DNA of 64,000 nucleotides from Tetramitus jugosus (taxonomy: Eukaryota > Protista > Heterolobosea). Below are positions 57,987 through 64,000 of this stretch, piece after piece. The DNA lies in contig OW569351.1 of NCBI GenBank assembly GCA_937625935.1, positions 186,001-250,000 on the forward strand, read 5' to 3'. How positions within the stretch are numbered: position 1 is the first letter of the stretch; each line of letters starts with the position of its first letter. A program made the position numbers and the translations under genes. The notes beneath the pieces are model-generated. The model worked only from the letters and a program-made list of their open reading frames with translations, made no database searches and was not told where the DNA came from.

Positions 57987-60311
57987 TCAAATTGCCACCT
58001 TCATCGCGCCAATCTCCTTTCTACAATCAATTTTGTTAGCTCGTTTGCGGAGATGGAACAGTGGCTCTGGTGAAGGTGCTCTCTGGCAAGTAGGCTCCTC
58101 TCTTTCTGATGCGAGCACGACCAAAGGCCTCATGGACTTGATCCCGTGAACAACATGACCAAAAGTCGACTTTTCACTCACAATCAAGTCGTCAGCCTGC
58201 ATCAATAACCACATCTCAACAACAGCATGCTTCACAGAGTCTTTACTTCGTGAATTGGTGCTCACCGAAGCTTCCTTTGGTGTTCTGACCATTTGAACAG
58301 AATTCAAAAAAGAAAATTCAGCTCTATTCTCATTCAACCATCGATGACCCTCGCCAAAGGCAGGCTCAAAATCTGTTGTAACAAACAGCAAGACATCACG
58401 AATGTTGCTTGCCTGTAGTTTCATGATTCTATCCTTGGCACATTGCCAGAATGTGGACACTGGTGTCCCTTTAAACATTCTTTCTCTTGGGTTCTTTCTA
58501 ATCTGAATACCCAGGACAAATGTTGTCTCTGGTGACTCCATCTTCTTCCCAAACACTTGCATCGAGTATTGCTTCACTAGCGATTGCAATGGATCGGTCA
58601 ATTGGAGCAACCATCGCGAAACTGGACCAAACACATCCACCATGTTTGCCGCATCATTCTTCATCATATCACGGTCACCGCCATCCGTCGTCACTGCCAT
58701 TGTAGTTGTGCTCTTTGGTTGTCGATCACTGTTTGCTTCTTCTTGTTGTTTAGAGAGAAGGAGTGCACTCGATGGGAACCACTCCTGGAACAGTGATGCA
58801 TAGTTCTCATTGTCAGCATACAACAGTGTCGCAAAGTACTGTGCAGCCTCCAAATAATGCACCTTCTTTCGAGACAATCGAAGTCCATGAATGTCATTCG
58901 TGTAACGAATCGATGAATCTTCATCACCATGACCACCAGAGTGTGTTGCATCATTACCACCTTGCTTTATCTCACACTCTTGCCAATCGACTTGCTGTTG
59001 TTCGCTCATTGTAGTCTTTCCACTCTTTTTATCATCAACGACACTGTCATCATCGTCATCGATCGCCTCGATCGCATCATTCGCATGGCAACCTCCGTCG
59101 TGAAGTACTCGTTGACGCTTTTGGTTACAATAGTAGCTAGCGAGTCCATTATTGTTGTTGTTGTTGTTGTGATCAAAACTACTCATTGTTGCAAACATTG
59201 ATTGATGCAAGTGTCGAGAACACTTGAAATACACTTCGGCTTCTCTGCTCGTTGAAGCCAATGTTGTTTCTTGCATGTCATGTCTCCACTCACGATTGTT
59301 CAACAACAATGCCTGTACATTCTCTGGTAGTGCACGAATATCCCATTGTAATGTCATTTGGATATTGTCGTCACTGTGCATTGCTCTTGTATCATTCATG
59401 TTATTGTTGTTGTTGTTGTTGTTGTTATTGATTGATCTCATCCTGTCCACCAATCCTATACTACTACTACTACTACTACTATGAATGGTAGGTGCTTGTA
59501 ACAAATCATTCAAATGAGCTCTGCATCCCCTGTATCCATCCACATTCCAATCAATGAGAAACACTCGACCACTGATCATGGCATAAATGAATGAAGACAC
59601 CAATCCCATGACAATGTTACCAAATCCCGATTGTTCATGTGGTCTAAAGATTAAGAATTGATGATGATTTGTCATGACGGGTGAAAGTGGTGATGCATGT
59701 GATGATGATGATGATGATGATGATGATTGTTTCCTGATGAGTTGATCCATGACAAGAGTATGATATTGGACATAGTGTCTCAACAGAGAGTGTTGCCTCT
59801 GTTCATAAATATTGTTTGTTGTTGTTGTTGTTGTCGGTAATGTTGGTAATGTTTTTTTTTCTTCATTGGTGACTTGTTGTATTGGTTGTTGTTGTTGTTG
59901 TTGTTGTTGTATTCTTTGTGGTTGTTGGTTACCCAGCATGTTTTTGTTGTTGATATTGCATCTTTCTTCAAAGAGCACTAGTTTCATGAGAAGAGGTATC
60001 GAATGACCATTGTCATCCATATCCTGATGTGCAGCTTTCTCATCATCATTTCTCATTGTTGTCTTCATTGTACTACTTGTTGTCATGTTGAAAATGCGAC
60101 GCCAATAATAAAACATGAACAACTGAATGAGCAATGCTAGGAGAAATAGAGTGAGTATGAATCGGGTTCGAGATCCGTTCTTCTTGTTGCGAAACAGCAA
60201 TGCAAAGATGCTTGTTGTTGCGGTGTTTGATGTTGTTGTTGTTGTGGTGCTGGTAGTCCTAGGAGGAGCTTCTCCTGCATTCATGGTTGTGTAGTGGAGT
60301 CGAGAGATCAT
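57987..60311 (-). CDS. Type II membrane fucosyltransferase (GT37/NodZ/FUT8-superfamily-like)
   Basis: N-terminal TM; SGFGNIVMGLVSSFIYAMISGRVFLIDW, VLGIQIR, FVTTD, AVVEMWLLMQADDLIVSEKSTFG. Confidence 0.78.
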   Translation of the reverse strand: MISRLHYTTMNAGEAPPRTTSTTTTTTSNTATTSIFALLFRNKKNGSRTRFILTLFLLALLIQLFMFYYWRRIFNMTTSSTMKTTMRNDDEKAAHQDMDDNGHSIPLLMKLVLFEERCNINNKNMLGNQQPQRIQQQQQQQQPIQQVTNEEKKTLPTLPTTTTTTNNIYEQRQHSLLRHYVQYHTLVMDQLIRKQSSSSSSSSSHASPLSPVMTNHHQFLIFRPHEQSGFGNIVMGLVSSFIYAMISGRVFLIDWNVDGYRGCRAHLNDLLQAPTIHSSSSSSSIGLVDRMRSINNNNNNNNNNMNDTRAMHSDDNIQMTLQWDIRALPENVQALLLNNREWRHDMQETTLASTSREAEVYFKCSRHLHQSMFATMSSFDHNNNNNNNGLASYYCNQKRQRVLHDGGCHANDAIEAIDDDDDSVVDDKKSGKTTMSEQQQVDWQECEIKQGGNDATHSGGHGDEDSSIRYTNDIHGLRLSRKKVHYLEAAQYFATLLYADNENYASLFQEWFPSSALLLSKQQEEANSDRQPKSTTTMAVTTDGGDRDMMKNDAANMVDVFGPVSRWLLQLTDPLQSLVKQYSMQVFGKKMESPETTFVLGIQIRKNPRERMFKGTPVSTFWQCAKDRIMKLQASNIRDVLLFVTTDFEPAFGEGHRWLNENRAEFSFLNSVQMVRTPKEASVSTNSRSKDSVKHAVVEMWLLMQADDLIVSEKSTFGHVVHGIKSMRPLVVLASEREEPTCQRAPSPEPLFHLRKRANKIDCRKEIGAMKVAI

Positions 60312-60816
60312 AATAATGAAGAAAATATCAATATATAGATATGGGTTTGATGCAGCAGCAGTCTGCGATGTTTTTGTGATATCTCAGTCTTTCGGCAGGA
60401 TGATGATGTTTGGTGGTTGTTTGATGTTGTTTCTGGGCAAGTTAACTGATGAACGTGGATCCTTCCAAAGGATAAGATGCGAGACTCATGAGTGGCCAAA
60501 AATGATCATCTGCATGATTTGTTTGATTTTACCTACAATAAAGGTGAGTGGAGATGTGATCTCCTCCGGAACGACACTATTTTGAGACTTTGGGAACACG
60601 AAAAAGAAAATCATGATGTGTGTGGTGAATACAAAATAATATTGTTGTTGTTATTTTACCACGGAAATGCATGATGGAGTATATAGGTAACCCAAATGTA
60701 GTTGTTTGTTGATGAGATTCTCTAGAAACGCAGCAGTAGCAGCTGTCTTGTGTTTGTTGATAAGATCATACGATTAATGGAACAATGAAAATAAAAAAAA
60801 CCAATGCTGCACTCGT

Positions 60817-61214
60817 TTATCTGTTCTCCCATTCGGATTTAACAACTATAATCAGATGCAGTCCAACAATAAGGATAAACAACAACAACAATCATCATCA
60901 TCAGAAAGCAGCAGAAAGCAGCAGAGTTAGCAATCCATATAATCATATACAATTCAATCCATCTGTACATCAAATGAAAAAAAAAATAACAACAACGTAC
61001 AGTTCCAGAATTTGATGGCACCTGGCTTCCATGTAGAATCATAAACAGGCTTCACAAATTGAATGTAGGAGAATTGTCCTAAAAGTCCGAGTCCAATCAA
61101 AGCGACTGAATTGGAAAAGATGGATCTTGCGTTGAGAAATCCATTGTAGTTACCAGTCTTGAAGACTGTTTGCTTGTTCATCTTGTTGATGTAAGTCTCG
61201 AAATCAGTTGGCAT
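60817..61214 (-). CDS. 80-aa single-TM small protein, intron 60846-61000
   Basis: MPTDFETYINKMNKQ...NSVALIGLGLLGQFSYIQF...KFWN|FVKSEWENR*. GTACGT donor, ctgattatag acceptor. Confidence 0.6.
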
Positions 61215-61394
61215 TTTTGCTGTCTTGTCTCTATTACTTGTGGTGTGTTTGTTGGTCAAAGATTTTTCTCCTCTCAGTCGGAAGAAAAATGATTTTTGTC
61301 CGTGTGTGTCTCTGCCAAAACAAACCAGCAAGCAGAAACTCGCAATTATTAATTCATTCGTCCAAAAAAAACAAAAACGAACAAACATAATAGA

Positions 61395-61856
61395 ATGGCT
61401 GTTCAATTCGCATTGTTGATTAGCAGACAGGGAAAGACCCGATTGGCCAAATGGTACGCACCATACGATCAAAAAGAGAGATCACGTGTCATCAAAGAAG
61501 TTTCAAACATGGTGATTGGACGACCGTCGAAACTGTGCAATTTTCTCGACTGGAGAGATTGTAAGATTGTGTACAAGAGGTACGCATCCCTGTATTTTAT
61601 CATGTGTATAGACAAGGTGGACAATGAGTTGATTGCAATGGAAGTGGTGCATCATTTTGTGGAGACGTTGGATCGATATTTTGGCAATGTTTGTGAACTG
61701 GATCTCATTTTCAATTTTCACAAGGCGTATTGGATATTGGACGAAGTGTTGTTGAATGGTGAGTTGCAAGAGACGAGCAAGAAGGCCATTTTGAGAATTG
61801 TGGCTGCTCAGGACACTCTGATGGACAATTTGCATCAATCGAATTTTACAATGTAA
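61395..61856 (+). CDS. AP1S: AP-1 adaptor complex sigma subunit
   Basis: LLISRQGKTRLAKWY, KLCNFLDWR, VYKRYASLYF, LDRYFGNVCELDLIFNFHKAY. Confidence 0.92.
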   Translation: MAVQFALLISRQGKTRLAKWYAPYDQKERSRVIKEVSNMVIGRPSKLCNFLDWRDCKIVYKRYASLYFIMCIDKVDNELIAMEVVHHFVETLDRYFGNVCELDLIFNFHKAYWILDEVLLNGELQETSKKAILRIVAAQDTLMDNLHQSNFTM

Positions 61857-62087
61857 AATCACCACCAGTAACTTTGTAAATATCCCCAAATTTTCAATAA
61901 ACATCCTCACAACTGAAACACACACAACCACCATGTCATATATATAACAAACGCTCAATATAACAATATAACTCTTTTAGTCTTATGTCATACAACAAGC
62001 GCTCAATATAAAAGAATGGATTACACTCAAATGTTACAACAGAATGGGCTGTTTTTATTCCATGCATGTATCGCTCAAGAGATCCAG

Positions 62088-64000
62088 TTAGCAAGTACCA
62101 ATCGACTTCAGGGTACTATTCGAGCAGCAGTAAGCACTAGGATTGTAGCATGCTCCTCCACACTTCTGAGTTCCAGTTGGACACAACATCTTGTCATAAC
62201 AAGTGAAGGCAGAAGGATTGTAGCACGCTCCGTTGCAGCAGCTCAGTCCACTTGAACATTGAGTAGTCTGACATGCTGTGTCAGTGGATGTCGATGGAGT
62301 AGGACTTGGACTGGGAGATGGAGAAGAACAAGCTCCCTTGGCAGCAACGGTGCTTCCAGAGCAACACTCGTATGAATCCGTATTGTAGCAAACATTTCCA
62401 CAAGCAGCTGTTCCACTACCACAGGATGGGCAAGTCGAGGAAGATGGGGAAGGTGATGGTGATGGAGATGGAGTTGGGGAAGGAGAAGGTGATGGTGTAG
62501 GAGATGGAGAAGGGCTTGGTGTGATGGAAACTCCATCAATATCTGCAAATGGACTTGCTCTCTTTGATTGTCCATTGGATCTTGTGTACAACCAATATAA
62601 GGTGTTAGTCTTTGTGTTACCATCATCATAACCAGTCAGAGAGAGAATTTTGGATGTTGCACCAGAGACATCAAAGTTAGCTTGAGCACACAATAAGATG
62701 CCTAACCATGCGTCAGTAGCAGTGCTATAGGCAGACTTGAACACTTGATAACTTTCTGTGACCCAACTTGGAGCAAGTAGATCTTCAGCAATTGGAGTTA
62801 TAGGAAGCATTTGAATACCATGGATATACTCAACATTGGCACCGAAGAATGTTGCATAATCAACCTTTGTTTCCCAAGCAATACCAACGACCTTGTTGCT
62901 AGTAAAAGGTGCATCGTAAATAGTATCAGCAGACTTAATTTGCCAGTACTTTTGAGCAGAACGGATCTCAGTCTGAAGTAAGATTCGACCCATATCCATC
63001 AAGTTCTGATCTTGATAAACTAAACCAAGCAAGTACATTCCATAGTAGGCATTGACTGCCTCAGAAGTGGACTCTTGATTTCTTGAATCAGCAAAAGCGA
63101 AGAGACCAGCAGCAAATGAGTGACCAACAAACCAGTCCTTGTGTCTCAACTTTGTAAAAGCTGGATCAGAAGAGTTTGGATTAGCGTAATCTCTCACAAG
63201 TTCATATATCTTCTCCTTATTCTGTGTACCCCATGTTTGATCCTTCTTGATAATACAAGCAGCAGCATAAACAAAGTACCCATAATGGAAATGGTGATCG
63301 TTGTAATAGTATTGACCGTAGTCAGCAGTTGAAGAGCCAACGGAGTTCTTGCTGACAACACCGCCATAAGTCTTTTCATAAACAAATTTGTTGTCAGAGG
63401 AAGTGTAGCCAGTTCCTCCCAACCACTTGTTAAAGTATGTCTTCATGTTCGTTCTGACAGTGGATGCAATGGATGTCTGTCCCAATTCATCTGCAATCAC
63501 AGCCAATCTACCAAGTCTGGCAACGGCTTTTCCTCCAAAGTATGGATCTGTGGGCGTTGGGTAAGAGTTCTGATCGCCTTGCAACGCAGAGATCAATGAT
63601 GTCTTTGCTGCGGTATTCACAATCTCATATCGACCATAGAAGCCAACATCAGTGATTAATGATTCGATCATTGTCCATGTGTCACCAATGACAGCATCTG
63701 TGTAACCCTTGATGCCTCTGTATCTGATCTGAGGAGACGCATAGTTGGCATTCTGGATAATATCTCTGTGATGAGGCAATGAAAACATCAACAAAGAACC
63801 AGTTCCCTTCTTTTGCCAATTGAACTTGATGGTGGCCTTATCGTTCGCGACAGTGTAAGTCACTGTACCTCCTGTTGGATAGGCGGTGCTGTAAGTGTCA
63901 TACAACGATTCCTGGGTTGTTGGGTCAAGGACCATAACTGCTCTCAACCATCCATTGAATGCACCAGTGGCAGTCAGAGTGCTACCTGATTGCGTGAAGG
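62088..64000 (-). CDS. GH81 endo-1,3-beta-glucanase with PS/PT linker and three Cys-rich CBM52-like repeats; 5' end beyond the window
   Basis: DPYFGGK, YNDHHFHYGY, RNQESTSEAVNAY, HGIQMLP; repeats CGNVCYNTDSYECC, CNGACYNPSAFTC, CGGACYNPSAYCC. Confidence 0.93.
   Translation of the reverse strand, partial: FTQSGSTLTATGAFNGWLRAVMVLDPTTQESLYDTYSTAYPTGGTVTYTVANDKATIKFNWQKKGTGSLLMFSLPHHRDIIQNANYASPQIRYRGIKGYTDAVIGDTWTMIESLITDVGFYGRYEIVNTAAKTSLISALQGDQNSYPTPTDPYFGGKAVARLGRLAVIADELGQTSIASTVRTNMKTYFNKWLGGTGYTSSDNKFVYEKTYGGVVSKNSVGSSTADYGQYYYNDHHFHYGYFVYAAACIIKKDQTWGTQNKEKIYELVRDYANPNSSDPAFTKLRHKDWFVGHSFAAGLFAFADSRNQESTSEAVNAYYGMYLLGLVYQDQNLMDMGRILLQTEIRSAQKYWQIKSADTIYDAPFTSNKVVGIAWETKVDYATFFGANVEYIHGIQMLPITPIAEDLLAPSWVTESYQVFKSAYSTATDAWLGILLCAQANFDVSGATSKILSLTGYDDGNTKTNTLYWLYTRSNGQSKRASPFADIDGVSITPSPSPSPTPSPSPSPTPSPSPSPSPSSSTCPSCGSGTAACGNVCYNTDSYECCSGSTVAAKGACSSPSPSPSPTPSTSTDTACQTTQCSSGLSCCNGACYNPSAFTCYDKMLCPTGTQKCGGACYNPSAYCCSNSTLKSIGTC

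Noticed and set aside
61933-62012. Direct repeat of about 28 bp (atgtcata..aacaa.cgctcaatataa) twice; also short tandems near 16670 and 35790
   Set aside because: Two copies only, with no spacer array or cas genes. Local duplications in UTR or intron sequence, not CRISPR or element termini.
1-64000. tRNA, rRNA, snRNA, telomerase template, transposase or reverse transcriptase
   Set aside because: No diagnostic motifs recognised by eye. An Infernal, tRNAscan or repeat-library scan would be needed to exclude them.

Overview
Gene-dense eukaryotic nuclear DNA from a flagellated protist. Evidence: about 30 genes in 64 kb, short spliceosomal introns with a GTATGT donor consensus, IFT46 and CFAP161, and poly-N/Q/S/T tracts. 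A Discoba/heterolobosean (Naegleria-like) origin is my inference only. Recognisable genes include separase, CblC/MMACHC, an F-box/LRR protein, CFAP161, a WAC-DDT-WHIM chromatin factor, GMPPA, a GDP-fucose transporter, IFT46, proteasome alpha7, a class IV sirtuin, DP, FMC1-like, NIT2, TRAPPC9, p24, a C2H2+Myb factor, DPH2, cofilin, GH27, SDR-SCP2, a PTEN-like formin, SAM-kinesin-13, a fucosyltransferase, AP-1 sigma and GH81. Most notable: (1) one ORF fusing a selenocysteine-lyase/NifS-type PLP enzyme to a Cys-type selenophosphate synthetase; (2) several small or spliced genes the ORF track misses or misreads: a 35-aa TM microprotein, a 100-aa presequence-like peptide with two alternative acidic tails, an FMC1-like gene needing a GC-AG intron, an SPT small subunit with a possible decoy acceptor, and an 80-aa TM protein; (3) a 2.5-kb island of decayed gene fragments whose thymidylate synthase half reads in frame into the next gene; (4) E2F-like TTTGGCGC motifs in many promoters. 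All family assignments come from motif recognition, not database searches.
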